Origin: Mycobacterium sp.
GTDB lineage: Bacteria > Actinomycetota > Actinomycetes > Mycobacteriales > Mycobacteriaceae
DNA: 64,000 nt
NCBI GenBank assembly: GCA_046330895.1
Contig: JAXLRY010000016.1
Location: 32,273 to 96,272, forward strand
Reading direction: 5' to 3'
Below are positions 1-11,399 of this stretch, piece after piece; positions within the stretch are counted from its first letter, which is position 1; each line of letters opens with the position of its first letter. Made by a program: the position numbers and the translations under genes. Below the pieces are notes generated by a model, which was not told the DNA's origin, ran no database searches, and saw nothing but the letters and a program-made list of their open reading frames with translations.

Positions 1-91
1 GACGATCGGTTAGCGGAGTCGTAGCGACGCGGGACTCTTCGGCGGCAGCCAGGTCCGCGGCAAGTTCTTCACGCGTCGCGTCACTCAGCAT
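1..91 (-). CDS. hsaE: 2-hydroxypenta-2,4-dienoate hydratase HsaE, 5' end only (runs off window)
   Basis: Minus strand reads MLSDATREELAADLAAAEESRVATTPLTDR, resembling the HsaE/Rv3536c N-terminus; divergent from kstD as in Mtb. Confidence 0.8.
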   Translation of the reverse strand, partial: MLSDATREELAADLAAAEESRVATTPLTDR

Positions 92-167
92 CCGGTCCGT
101 CCAATCCGTCGACGTGCCCGCTCCGGGCGGTTTGGTGCAGGCCAGTAGCGCCCGACCGGAACAATTC

Positions 168-181
168 TATAACGTGTTCTA
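168..181. promoter_or_regulatory. KstR operator
   Basis: TATAACGTGTTCTA matches TnnAACnnGTTnnA; overlaps -10-like TAACGT just before the kstD ATG. Confidence 0.85.
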
Positions 182-183
182 GT

Positions 184-1896
184 ATGACAGCTCAGGAGTA
201 CGACGTCGTCGTCGTCGGAAGCGGCGCGGCCGGGATGGTTGCCGCGCTCACCGCCGCTCACCAGGGCCTATCCGCGGTGGTGGTCGAGAAAGCTCCGCAC
301 TACGGGGGCTCTACGGCCCGGTCGGGTGGCGGTGTCTGGATACCCAACAACGAGATACTGAAGCGTGACGGTGTCAACGATTCCCCGGAGTTGGCGCGCA
401 CCTACCTCCACACGATCATCGGCGACGTCGTCGAACCCGAACGCATCGACACCTACCTCGACCGCGGTCCCGAGATGCTCTCGTTTGTACTCAAGCACAC
501 GCCGCTGAAGATGTGCTGGGTACCCGAGTACTCCGACTACTACCCCGAACAACCCGGGGGGCGGGTTGGCGGACGTTCCATCGAGCCCAAACCGTTCGAT
601 GCAAATCAGCTCGGCCCGGACCTGGCCGGCCTGGAACCGTCGTACGCCAAGACTCCGCTCAATGTCGTTGTGATGCAACAGGATTTCGTCCGACTGAACC
701 AGCTCAAACGTCATCCGCGCGGAATGCTTCGCAGCCTCAGGGTGGGCGCCCGGACGATGTTGGCGACCGCACGGCGCAAGAACCTGGTGGGAATGGGCCG
801 GGCGTTGATCGCACCACTCCGCATAGGGTTGCGCCGGGCGGGCGTGCCGGTGCTGCTGAACACCGCTCTCACCGACCTGCACGTCGAAGACGGCATCGTC
901 CGCGGAGTCTACGTACGCGACATGACCGCCCCCGAAGCCGCCGAACCGCGGCTGATCCGGGCGCGCCGCGGAGTGATCCTGGGGTGCGGAGGGTTCGATC
1001 ACAACGAGCAGATGCGCATCAAGTACCAACGCGCACCCATCACGACGGAGTGGACGGTCGGCGCCAAGGCCAACACCGGCGACGGCATCGTCGCCGCCGA
1101 AAAGCTCGGCGCCGCACTCGAATTGATGGAAGACGCCTGGTGGGGGCCGACGGTTCCGCTAGTGGGGCGACCCTGGTTCGCCTTGAACGAGCGCAATTCG
1201 CCCGGCTCGGTGATCGTCAACCAGGCCGGTAAGCGCTTCATGAACGAATCCATGCCCTACGTCGAAGCCGGCCACCACATGTACGGCGGTCCGTACGGTC
1301 AGGGCCCCGGACCCGGGGAGAACATACCGTGCTGGCTTGTCTTCGATCAGCAGTACCGCGACCGCTATATCTTCGCGGGTCTGCAACCAGGACAACGCAT
1401 TCCGCAGAAGTGGCTGGATTCCGGGGTGGTCGTGTCAGCGGGCAGCATCACCGAACTCGCCACGAAGACGGGAGTCCCGGCCACCGATCTCGCGGCCACC
1501 GTCGAACGGTTCAACGGTTTCGCGCGAACCGGCGTCGACGAGGACTTTCATCGCGGCGAGAGCGCCTACGACAGGTATTACGGCGATCCGACCAATAAAC
1601 CCAACCCCAACCTGGCCGAAGTGAAGCACCCGCCGTTCTATGCGGCCAAGCTGGTACCCGGCGATCTGGGCACCAAAGGGGGAATACGCACCGACGTTCA
1701 CGGACGTGCGCTGCGGGACGACGGTTCGGTGATCGAGGGCCTGTACGCCGCCGGAAACGTGAGCGCGCCGGTGATGGGTCACACGTACCCGGGCCCCGGC
1801 GGGACGATCGGACCCGCGATGGTGTTCGGTTACCTGGCTGCCCTTCACATAGCCGGAGCCGCTGGACCGGCCACGTCGGGCAGCGGAAAGGACTGA
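184..1896 (+). CDS. kstD: 3-ketosteroid Delta1-dehydrogenase
   Basis: 570 aa; FAD motif GSGAAG, GGSTARSGGG, DLGTKGG, YPGPGGTIG; Rv3537 position. Confidence 0.95.
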   Translation: MTAQEYDVVVVGSGAAGMVAALTAAHQGLSAVVVEKAPHYGGSTARSGGGVWIPNNEILKRDGVNDSPELARTYLHTIIGDVVEPERIDTYLDRGPEMLSFVLKHTPLKMCWVPEYSDYYPEQPGGRVGGRSIEPKPFDANQLGPDLAGLEPSYAKTPLNVVVMQQDFVRLNQLKRHPRGMLRSLRVGARTMLATARRKNLVGMGRALIAPLRIGLRRAGVPVLLNTALTDLHVEDGIVRGVYVRDMTAPEAAEPRLIRARRGVILGCGGFDHNEQMRIKYQRAPITTEWTVGAKANTGDGIVAAEKLGAALELMEDAWWGPTVPLVGRPWFALNERNSPGSVIVNQAGKRFMNESMPYVEAGHHMYGGPYGQGPGPGENIPCWLVFDQQYRDRYIFAGLQPGQRIPQKWLDSGVVVSAGSITELATKTGVPATDLAATVERFNGFARTGVDEDFHRGESAYDRYYGDPTNKPNPNLAEVKHPPFYAAKLVPGDLGTKGGIRTDVHGRALRDDGSVIEGLYAAGNVSAPVMGHTYPGPGGTIGPAMVFGYLAALHIAGAAGPATSGSGKD

Positions 1897-1897
1897 C

Positions 1898-2758
1898 ATG
1901 CCAATCGATCTCGACGTCGCGCTGGGCGCCTCACTCGATCCGGTCGAGTTTTCCTGGAGTAGCAACGACGTTCAGCTGTATCACCTGGCACTCGGCGCGG
2001 GCGCCGACCCGATGAATCCCCTAGAACTGAGATACCTGGCCGACTGGAGCCCACAGGTGTTGCCGACCTTCAGCAGTGTCGCCGCCACCTTTCACATGAC
2101 CGCACCGCCCGAGGTGAAGTTCCCCGGAATCGACATCGAACTGAGCAAGGTGCTGCACGGCAGCGAGTCGGTGACTGTGTCCGGCCCCCTGCCGGCAAGC
2201 GGATCCGCACGCGCCGTCACACGTTTCACCGAGATATGGGATAAGGGCAAGGCCGCCGTGATCGTCAGCGAGACTTCCGTTTCCGATCTCGCCGGAATAC
2301 CGCTGTGGAAGACCACGCGGTCCATCTTCGCCCGGGGCGAGGGCGGCTTCGGCGGCGACCGGGGGCCATCGGCCTCATCCGCGGTCCCCGAGCGGGCTGC
2401 CGACTACGTCATCGACATACCCGTGCTACCGCAACAGGCATTGCTCTATCGGTTGTGCGGGGACCGAAATCCGCTGCATTCCGATCCGGAATTCGCCGCT
2501 GCCGCGGAATTTCCGCGGCCGATTCTCCATGGGCTGTGCACCTACGGGATGACCTGCAAGGCCCTGGTCGACACGCTGCTGGACTCCGACACGTCGCGCG
2601 TCGGTCATTACGGGGCGCGGTTCGCCGGCGTCGTATTCCCCGGTGAGGTGATCAGGGCCAGTGTCTGGAACGACGACGATCGCTACGTCGGCGTCGTCAC
2701 CGCACCCTCTCGCGGCGATGCTCCGGCGCTATCCGATGTGGAGTTGCTGCCGGCCTGA
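1898..2758 (+). CDS. hsd4B: Double hot-dog MaoC-like (R)-enoyl-CoA hydratase (Rv3538 homolog)
   Basis: LHG and GDRNPLHSD hydratase-2 motifs; directly after kstD. Confidence 0.85.
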   Translation: MPIDLDVALGASLDPVEFSWSSNDVQLYHLALGAGADPMNPLELRYLADWSPQVLPTFSSVAATFHMTAPPEVKFPGIDIELSKVLHGSESVTVSGPLPASGSARAVTRFTEIWDKGKAAVIVSETSVSDLAGIPLWKTTRSIFARGEGGFGGDRGPSASSAVPERAADYVIDIPVLPQQALLYRLCGDRNPLHSDPEFAAAAEFPRPILHGLCTYGMTCKALVDTLLDSDTSRVGHYGARFAGVVFPGEVIRASVWNDDDRYVGVVTAPSRGDAPALSDVELLPA

Positions 2759-2767
2759 GCGGCGCGC

Positions 2768-2790
2768 CGTCTGAGCCCGGATTTCAGACG
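2768..2790. terminator. Short hairpin between convergent hsd4B and ltp2
   Basis: CGTCTGA-9 nt-TCAGACG perfect 7-bp stem, 10 nt after the hsd4B stop. Confidence 0.4.
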
Positions 2791-2920
2791 ACATAAGCGT
2801 TTGCCCGCCTCCGCGCGACAACCGCTGAGCGACGACGCGGGCCATCGGACGCGAGCAGCACTGTGCGGACGCGGACCCGCGGGAGCAACCTGCAACCAAA
2901 CCGGAACCGGCACCGCCGCA

Positions 2921-2978
2921 CCGAGGGTAACGCCAGGGATGAGATCCGGCCGGATCACCGCCGTGGCGTTACCGTCGG
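2921..2978. repeat. REP-like 58-bp hairpin, GTAACGCCA type, copy 1
   Basis: CCGAGGGTAACGCCA...TGGCGTTACCGTCGG (14/15 complementary) enclosing palindrome GATCCGGCCGGATC. Confidence 0.8.
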
Positions 2979-3090
2979 AGAGCTCGATGGCTGACACACC
3001 CTCGCCGACCCGTCTGGAGTCGCTCAGAGCCGGGCACAGCTATTGCGGCCGACGGCTGCGTCAGATGAGGCGGTTCGGGCGCAGGTCGCC

Positions 3091-4260
3091 TCAGCCGAGG
3101 ATGAGACCCGACGTCGGGACCCCCGTGCCTGCCGTGACGAGCACATGCTCCACCCCGGGCACCTGGTTCACCGAAGTGCCCCTCAGTTGACGCACACCCT
3201 CGGCGATGCCGTTCATGCCGTGGATGTAGGCCTCACCGAGCTGACCCCCGTGCGTGTTGATGGGCAGACGGCCACCGAGCTCGATCGCACCGTCGGCGAT
3301 GAAATCCTTCGCCTCACCCCAACCGCAGAAACCCAACTCCTCCAACTGAATCAGTGTGAACGGGGTGAAGTGGTCGTAGAGGATCGCCGTCTGGATGTCC
3401 GCCGGCTTCAGACCCGACTGGTCCCAAAGTTGGCGTCCGACAAGGCCCATCTCGGGCAGTCCGCTCAGCTCGGGCCGGTAATAACTCACCATCGAGTACT
3501 GATCCGGGCTGGATCCCTGTGCCGCGGCCTCGATCACCGCCGGCCGGTGCCTCAAGTCTTTTGCCCGCTCCGCTGAGGTGACGACGATGGCCACGCCGCC
3601 ATCGGTCTCCTGGCAGCAGTCGAGCAAGCGCAACGGCTCGGCGATCCACCGCGAATTCTGATGTTCCTCAATGGTGATCGGCTTGCCGTAGAAGTACGCC
3701 TTCGGATTGTTGGCGGCATGTTTGCGGTCGGCCACCGAGATGGCGCCGAAGTCGCGGCTCGTCGCACCGGACAGGTGCATGTAGCGCCTGGCGATCATCG
3801 CGACCTGCGCGGCCGGTGTGGAAAGCCCGTGCGGATAGGAGAACGAATTGTCCACGCTTGTGGAGTCCGCACCTTGAATCAGACGCAGCTGCACCTGGCC
3901 GAAGCGCATGCCCGACCGCTCGTTGAAAGCCCGGTATGCCACAACACAATCCGCGACGCCCGTTGCCACCGCCATCGCGGCCTGCTGCACCGTGGCGCAC
4001 GCCGCACCACCACCGTGATGGATCTTCGAGAAGAACTTCAAGTCGCCGATGCCCGTCGCACGAGCGACGGCAACCTCGGTGTTGGAGTCCATGGTGAACG
4101 TCACCATGCCGTCCACGTCCGCCGGCGTCAGTCCCGCATCGCCCAAGGCGTCAAGGACGGCTTCGGCAGCCAGGCGGAGCTCGGATCGCCCGGAATCCTT
4201 CGAGAAGTCCGTCGCGCCGATACCCGCGATCGCGGCCTTCCGTGACAGTCCACCCGGCAT
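3091..4260 (-). CDS. ltp2: Thiolase-fold steroid side-chain aldolase Ltp2
   Basis: SCPx thiolase-like fold, DCCQETDGG, NTHGGQLGEAYIHG; last gene of the igr operon. Confidence 0.92.
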   Translation of the reverse strand: MPGGLSRKAAIAGIGATDFSKDSGRSELRLAAEAVLDALGDAGLTPADVDGMVTFTMDSNTEVAVARATGIGDLKFFSKIHHGGGAACATVQQAAMAVATGVADCVVAYRAFNERSGMRFGQVQLRLIQGADSTSVDNSFSYPHGLSTPAAQVAMIARRYMHLSGATSRDFGAISVADRKHAANNPKAYFYGKPITIEEHQNSRWIAEPLRLLDCCQETDGGVAIVVTSAERAKDLRHRPAVIEAAAQGSSPDQYSMVSYYRPELSGLPEMGLVGRQLWDQSGLKPADIQTAILYDHFTPFTLIQLEELGFCGWGEAKDFIADGAIELGGRLPINTHGGQLGEAYIHGMNGIAEGVRQLRGTSVNQVPGVEHVLVTAGTGVPTSGLILG

Positions 4261-4661
4261 CAGATGTCTCCCAACGTGAGCTTCACCGTCGCAATGACAT
4301 GATCGCCAAGGCTGTTTGTGCCAACGACTTTCACAGTGACCAGGCCATCGGTCACTTCGACGACCTCACCCGCGAATGTCACAGTGTCGTAGGCGTACCA
4401 GGGAACGCCGAGACGCAGGGCAATCGACTTGACCATCGCCCCCGGCCCGGCCCAGTCCGTGACGAACCGCTGCACCAGCCCGGTGTCGGTCAGGATGTTG
4501 ACGAAGATGTCCTTGGATCCCTTGGCGTGCGCCTTGTCCCGGTCGTGGTGCACATCCTGAAAATCACGGGTCGCCAGCGCGGTCGACACGATGAATGTCG
4601 GGTCACCGTAGAGCGCGAGCTCCGGCAGCTTGGTCCCGACCTCGGCGACACAAGTCGTCAT
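4260..4661 (-). CDS. chsH1: MaoC hydratase subunit ChsH1 (Rv3541c)
   Basis: RDFQDVHHDRD motif; start moved to ATG 4661, which overlaps the chsH2 stop (ATGA). Confidence 0.9.
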   Translation of the reverse strand: MTTCVAEVGTKLPELALYGDPTFIVSTALATRDFQDVHHDRDKAHAKGSKDIFVNILTDTGLVQRFVTDWAGPGAMVKSIALRLGVPWYAYDTVTFAGEVVEVTDGLVTVKVVGTNSLGDHVIATVKLTLGDI

Positions 4662-5626
4662 GCTGTGCCTCCTCCAACGGCCGGCTCCCACGCGTAGAGC
4701 GTCCATTCGGGCCCGGCTTCTCCGGCGGGAAAGTCGATGAACGTCGCCTCGACCGGCATGCCGATCGCGACTGCCGCCGGATCGACGTTGCGGAGTTCGC
4801 CGAGCATCCGCACGCCCTCCTCGAGTTCGACGAGGGCAATGACGAAGGGCACCTGCCGCCCTGGAACCTTCGGAGCGTGGTGCACCACGAAGCTGAATAC
4901 CCTTCCCTTGCCGGTAGACACGACGTAATCGGTGGTCTCCGACTTGTCGGCCCAGACCGCTGGCACCGGAGGATGCTGCAACGTCCCGTCCGGGCGGCGC
5001 TGGATGCGAAGTTCGTGGTCATTCACGCCGTCCCAGAAGAACTGGGTATCCCGGGATGCCGCGGGCCGCATCATGTAGTCGGGATCGAGATCGTCGGGAA
5101 CGGTGGACGACGACTTCTCGGCCTCGCGCGGCTTGAATTTCATCATCCGCCACATCATTTCGGCGACGTCCTCATCCCCGACCCGCCACGTGATCATCTG
5201 AGTGATGAAGAAGCCTTCGCCGAGTGCGGTCTGCTTCGGCCCCACGACGTCGGTGAGCTCGGCCGTCACGCTCACCTCCTCACCCGGCCGCAGATACCGG
5301 TGGTAGGTCTGCTCACAGTTGGTGGCGACAACCCCGATATAGCCTGCGCTGTCGAACAATTCGAGGATTTTGCTCAGCGGATCATCAGGGGAGCGCACGC
5401 CACCGAGCCCCGCCATAGTCCACACTTGGATCATCGCGGGCGGCGCGACGATGCCCGGATGGCCGGCCGCGATCGCCGCCGCCTCGTCGACGTAGATCGG
5501 GTTCCTGTCGCCGATCGCATCAAGCCAGTGGTCGACCATCGGTTGGTTCACCGGATGCCGTCCGACGCGCGGCTTGCTTCTACCCGCGGCTTTGATCCGC
5601 TCCGCGGCCTGCTGGATGTCTGTCAT
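4658..5626 (-). CDS. chsH2: MaoC + DUF35/OB-fold hydratase subunit ChsH2 (Rv3542c)
   Basis: N-terminal MaoC (DRNPIY), C-terminal DUF35 (FFWDG...LRIQR...HPP). Confidence 0.9.
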   Translation of the reverse strand: MTDIQQAAERIKAAGRSKPRVGRHPVNQPMVDHWLDAIGDRNPIYVDEAAAIAAGHPGIVAPPAMIQVWTMAGLGGVRSPDDPLSKILELFDSAGYIGVVATNCEQTYHRYLRPGEEVSVTAELTDVVGPKQTALGEGFFITQMITWRVGDEDVAEMMWRMMKFKPREAEKSSSTVPDDLDPDYMMRPAASRDTQFFWDGVNDHELRIQRRPDGTLQHPPVPAVWADKSETTDYVVSTGKGRVFSFVVHHAPKVPGRQVPFVIALVELEEGVRMLGELRNVDPAAVAIGMPVEATFIDFPAGEAGPEWTLYAWEPAVGGGTA

Positions 5627-6786
5627 CGCGGAACCCGCGGAACCTTCAGTCCTGATGCCGCCACCTGTTCTCTCATGACCTCGTTGACCCCGCCTCCGAA
5701 GGTGATCACCAGATTTCGCTTGGTCTGCGAATCGAGCCAGTCGAGCAGTTCGGCGGTCTCGGCCTCGGATGCGTCGCCGTACTTGCCGACGATCTCTTCC
5801 GCGATCCGCCCCACCCTCTGAATCCGCTCGGTCGAAAAGACCTTCGTGGCAGCGGCATCCGCGATGTCGATGGTTTCGCCGGCCGCGGCGACCTGCCAGT
5901 TGAGCAGCTCATTGATGCGCCAGACCGCACGAATCTCACCGAGCAGGCGACGGACATCGTCACGGTCCAGCGGCACGACGCCATCACCGCCCGGCTTCGA
6001 CGCCCACGCGTGCACCCGGTCATAGACCGCGGCGACTTTGCCCGCGGGACCGAGCATCACCCGCTCGTGGTTGAGCTGGGTGGTGATCAACCGCCAGCCC
6101 GCGTTCACCTCGCCGACAACCATGTCGGCGGGAACACGAACGTCGTTGTAGTAGGTGGCATTGGTGTGGTGCGCGCCGTCGGACAGGATGATCGGCGTCC
6201 AGGAATAGCCGGGATCATTGGTATCGACGATAAGAATCGAAATCCCTTTGTGTTTGGCGGCTTCCGGATCGGTCCGGCAGGCGAGCCAGATGTAGTCGGC
6301 GTCGTGGCCACCGGTGGTGAAGATCTTCTGACCGTTGACGATGTATTCGTCACCGTGCCGCACTGCCGTCGTCCGCAGAGATGCGAGATCCGTACCGGCC
6401 TCGGGCTCGGAATAGCCGATGGCGAAATGCACATCACCGGAGAGAATTGCCGGCAAGAACTTTCGCTTCTGTTCGTCGTTGCCGTATTTCTGGAGGGTCG
6501 GCCCCACCGTCTGCAAGGTCACCGCCGGCAGGGGCACGTCGGCCCGGGCGGCCTCGTTGACGAAGATCGACTGCTCGACCGGTCCGAATCCCAAGCCGCC
6601 GAACTCCTTCGGCCAGCCGACTCCGAGCTTTCCGTCCGAGCCCATCCGCTTGATGATCGCGCGATACGTCTCGTTGTGCCGGTCGGCCTCCATCGCCTTC
6701 GCCTCTTCGGGCGAGATCAGATTGGCGAAATACTGCCGCAGCTCTGCCTGCAGCGCGCGCTGCTCGGGCGTCAGTTCGATGAACAT
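5623..6786 (-). CDS. fadE29: Acyl-CoA dehydrogenase FadE29 (ChsE2)
   Basis: True start MFIELTPEQ at 6786 gives 387 aa; YSEPEAGTDLASL, TFGGGVNE. Confidence 0.92.
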   Translation of the reverse strand: MFIELTPEQRALQAELRQYFANLISPEEAKAMEADRHNETYRAIIKRMGSDGKLGVGWPKEFGGLGFGPVEQSIFVNEAARADVPLPAVTLQTVGPTLQKYGNDEQKRKFLPAILSGDVHFAIGYSEPEAGTDLASLRTTAVRHGDEYIVNGQKIFTTGGHDADYIWLACRTDPEAAKHKGISILIVDTNDPGYSWTPIILSDGAHHTNATYYNDVRVPADMVVGEVNAGWRLITTQLNHERVMLGPAGKVAAVYDRVHAWASKPGGDGVVPLDRDDVRRLLGEIRAVWRINELLNWQVAAAGETIDIADAAATKVFSTERIQRVGRIAEEIVGKYGDASEAETAELLDWLDSQTKRNLVITFGGGVNEVMREQVAASGLKVPRVPR

Positions 6787-7805
6787 TGCGCTCCCACGAG
6801 TTCGAGCCCGACCAGACCGAGGCGGTGCGTGGGGCCGCCGAGAAATCGGGTCAGGTCCTTGATCGACGAGTAGTACCGGTGCATCGGATAGGTGACATCC
6901 ATGCCCATGCCGCCGTGCAGGTGATGACAGATCTGCATGGCCGGTGCGGCCTCCGACGCCAGCCAGTAGCCCAACACGTCCAGGTCCTGGTCGGCGTCCC
7001 GCCCCTCCGATAACCGCCACACCGCGGACATCGCAGCCAAATCCAATGTCCTGGAAGCGATGTACACCTCGGCCAGTTGAGCGGCGACCGTCTGGAATGT
7101 GGACAGGGGCCTGCCGAACTGCTCCCGGTTGGCCACATAGTCCGCCGTCAGCCGCAGCGCACCCGCCACGAGGCCAGAGCAGAAGGCTCCGATGCCCCCC
7201 AGAACCAGCTGGTTGACCCGCTGCGCGGTTCCCCCCTCCAGCACGTCGCCGCACTCGACCACGACATCGGTGAAGGTGACCGTGCATTCGTCCGACTTGG
7301 CTGACGTCGGCGATTTGGCGAGTCGTACTCCGTCGGCGTTGGGCGACACCACAACAACGCCGCTATCGGTGGTGACGACCATCCATTTCGACTGTGCCGC
7401 ATAGGAAACCGCGACCTTCGTGCCGTTGAGCCGTCCCGCCGCGAATGTCGTCGCGGGACGGTTCGGCAGCGGCGAGCCAGGCTCATTGAGTGCGGCGGTG
7501 AGGATCCCGCCCTCGGCTACGCCGTCGACGAATCGGTCCTGCTGCGTTGCCGACGCCAAATCGAGTAGCGGCACCAAACCGAATCCCAACGTCGCCAAGG
7601 CCGGCGAGATCGTGCCGTGCCGTCCGATTTCGGTGAGTGCCGTGGCGATCTCGAGCAGGCCGACCCCGTCCCCGCCGAGACGGTCCGGAACGCCCAAAGC
7701 GGTCACTCCGCCCGAAACCAGGGAATGCCAACTGTTTTCGCGCTCCAAAACCGACGTGACCACGTCGGCGACAGCCTGCTGCTCCGGCTCCGGAGTGAAG
7801 TCCAC
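6771..7805 (-). CDS. fadE28: Acyl-CoA dehydrogenase FadE28 (ChsE1)
   Basis: Start GTG 7805 (MDFTPEPEQQ); REQFGRPL, HHLHGGMG. Confidence 0.9.
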   Translation of the reverse strand: MDFTPEPEQQAVADVVTSVLERENSWHSLVSGGVTALGVPDRLGGDGVGLLEIATALTEIGRHGTISPALATLGFGLVPLLDLASATQQDRFVDGVAEGGILTAALNEPGSPLPNRPATTFAAGRLNGTKVAVSYAAQSKWMVVTTDSGVVVVSPNADGVRLAKSPTSAKSDECTVTFTDVVVECGDVLEGGTAQRVNQLVLGGIGAFCSGLVAGALRLTADYVANREQFGRPLSTFQTVAAQLAEVYIASRTLDLAAMSAVWRLSEGRDADQDLDVLGYWLASEAAPAMQICHHLHGGMGMDVTYPMHRYYSSIKDLTRFLGGPTHRLGLVGLELVGAQCSSN

Positions 7806-7825
7806 CCGAATACTCCTCTGGCTCT

Positions 7826-9070
7826 TTACTGGTTTGACGTGGCGCCGGTGTAGTCGACCTGCCAGTGCTTGATCCCGTTGAGCCATCCCGACCGCAGCCG
7901 CTCCGGGGTGCCGACCGAGGTGAGATCGGGCATGTGATCCGCCACCGCATTGAAGATGAGGTTGATCGTCATACGGGCCAGGTTCGCGCCGATGCAGAAG
8001 TGCACGCCGGTACCGCCGAATCCGACATGAGGATTGGGTGAGCGCAGGATGTTGAACTTCTCCGGCTCGTCGAACGCGTCTTCATCGAAGTTGGCCGAGC
8101 GGTAGAACATCACCACCCGCTGCCCCTTCTTGATGTTCGCGCCGCCGAGTTCGGTGTCGACCAGCGCCGTGCGCTGAAAGGCGGTGACCGGAGTTGCCCA
8201 GCGGACGATCTCATCGGCGGCAGTCTCGGGCCGTTCCTTCTTGTAGAGCTCCCATTGATCGGGATTGTTCGCAAAGGCGATCATCCCGTGTGTGATCGAG
8301 TTGCGGGTGGTCTCGTTGCCGGCCACCGCCAGCATCATCACGAAGAAACCGAATTCGTCGTCGGAGAGCTTCTCTCCATCGATATCGGCGTTGATCAGAG
8401 CGGTGACGATGTCCTCCCCCGGCTCTTTGGCCTTCACCTCGGCCATCTGCATCGCGTAGGCGAGCACCTCCATCGACGACTGCTTGGGGTCGACATCGAA
8501 TTCCGAGTCGTCGTTGCCGGTCATTTCGTTTGACCATCGGAACAACTTCTCGCGGTCATCCTGGGGAACACCCAGCAAATCGGCGATAGCCTGAAGCGGC
8601 AGTTCGCAAGCAACCTGCTCGACGAAATCGCCACCGCCCTGCGCGGCCGCCGCCTTGGCGATGTTCTGGGCGCGGTGATCGAGTTCGTCGCGCAGACGAT
8701 TGATGGCCCGAGGGGTGAAACCGCGGGAGATGATCCTGCGGAGCCGATCGTGGTGTTCGCCGTCCATATTGAGCATCACGAACCGCTGGAGGTCGATGTC
8801 TTCGCGCGCCATGTCGTCGGGGAACTGCGGGATCGCGGTGTTCTCCCAGCTCGAGTAGATGTCGTTTCGGCGGGACACCTCCTTGACGTCCTTGAGCTTG
8901 GTGACCACCCAATACCCGCCGTCGTTGAAGCCGCCCTTCCCGATACGCTGCTCACACCACCACACCGGTGCGGCCCGACGCAGTTCGGCCAGTTCGCCAA
9001 CGGGGAGACCCCGCACGCAGATGTCGGGGTCCAATGGATCGAAGCCCTGCGGCAAGTTGGGGGTAGGCAT
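7826..9070 (-). CDS. cyp125: Steroid C26 monooxygenase cytochrome P450 Cyp125
   Basis: AGNETT, heme-ligand region GFGGTGVHFCIG, EIVRWATP; closely resembles recalled Rv3545c. Confidence 0.95.
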   Translation of the reverse strand: MPTPNLPQGFDPLDPDICVRGLPVGELAELRRAAPVWWCEQRIGKGGFNDGGYWVVTKLKDVKEVSRRNDIYSSWENTAIPQFPDDMAREDIDLQRFVMLNMDGEHHDRLRRIISRGFTPRAINRLRDELDHRAQNIAKAAAAQGGGDFVEQVACELPLQAIADLLGVPQDDREKLFRWSNEMTGNDDSEFDVDPKQSSMEVLAYAMQMAEVKAKEPGEDIVTALINADIDGEKLSDDEFGFFVMMLAVAGNETTRNSITHGMIAFANNPDQWELYKKERPETAADEIVRWATPVTAFQRTALVDTELGGANIKKGQRVVMFYRSANFDEDAFDEPEKFNILRSPNPHVGFGGTGVHFCIGANLARMTINLIFNAVADHMPDLTSVGTPERLRSGWLNGIKHWQVDYTGATSNQ

Positions 9071-9087
9071 CTTTGCGCGCTCCTCAA

Positions 9088-9101
9088 TATGACGTGTTCT
9101 A
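9088..9101. promoter_or_regulatory. KstR operator (cyp125 side)
   Basis: TATGACGTGTTCTA, one mismatch to TnnAACnnGTTnnA. Confidence 0.7.
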
Positions 9102-9166
9102 GTGCCAGTAAAACACGGCTCCACCGCTGAAAAAAGGTGGTGAACCGGCTTCGCTTGTCAGTCTAC

Positions 9167-9180
9167 TGAAACGTGTTCTA
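9167..9180. promoter_or_regulatory. KstR operator (fadA5 side)
   Basis: TGAAACGTGTTCTA; overlaps -10 TAGCCT (9179-9184), 6 nt before the fadA5 ATG. Confidence 0.85.
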
Positions 9181-9181
9181 G

Positions 9182-10354
<1,173 letters not shown>

Positions 10355-10355
10355 C

Positions 10356-11199
<844 letters not shown>

Positions 11200-11275
11200 C
11201 TGCGCTCGAGATTCAGGCGGCAATGCGAGTTGCCCAACTCTGAGCGACAGCGCTGCGACGCCGGATCACCAGCCG

Positions 11276-11333
11276 CCGACAGTAACGCCACGGCGGAATT
11301 CGGACCCCAAATCCGCCATAGCGTTACGCTCGG
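11276..11333. repeat. REP-like 58-bp hairpin, GTAACGCCA type, copy 2
   Basis: CCGACAGTAACGCCACGGCGGA...TCCGCCATAGCGTTACGCTCGG; 20/21 identical to the minus strand of 2958-2978. Confidence 0.8.
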
Positions 11334-11399
11334 CGACTCTGACCACCCTTTCGTTGGGAGAGACCCTTCGGAGCGCGCGACGGAACGGCCCGGAATCAG

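Noticed and set aside
2822-2841. 20-nt exact inverted match to 63899-63918 in cbtA
   Set aside because: Very GC-rich 20-mer; a rough estimate gives about 0.1 such matches by chance in 64 kb, and the flanks show no similarity
2683-3190. ORFs of 104 and 129 aa across the hsd4B-ltp2 gap (PPE63 site in Mtb)
   Set aside because: No PPE or other recognisable motif, they overlap real genes, and the interval is better explained by hairpins and repeats
4595-5821. 408-aa plus-strand ORF and similar long antisense ORFs (11508-12590, 37445-38575, 58738-60717)
   Set aside because: Shadow ORFs opposite or overlapping well-conserved genes, typical of high-GC DNA, with no motifs
5623-7287. Apparent 554-aa FadE29
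   Set aside because: The upstream extension is an alternative frame of fadE28; the true start is MFIELT at 6786
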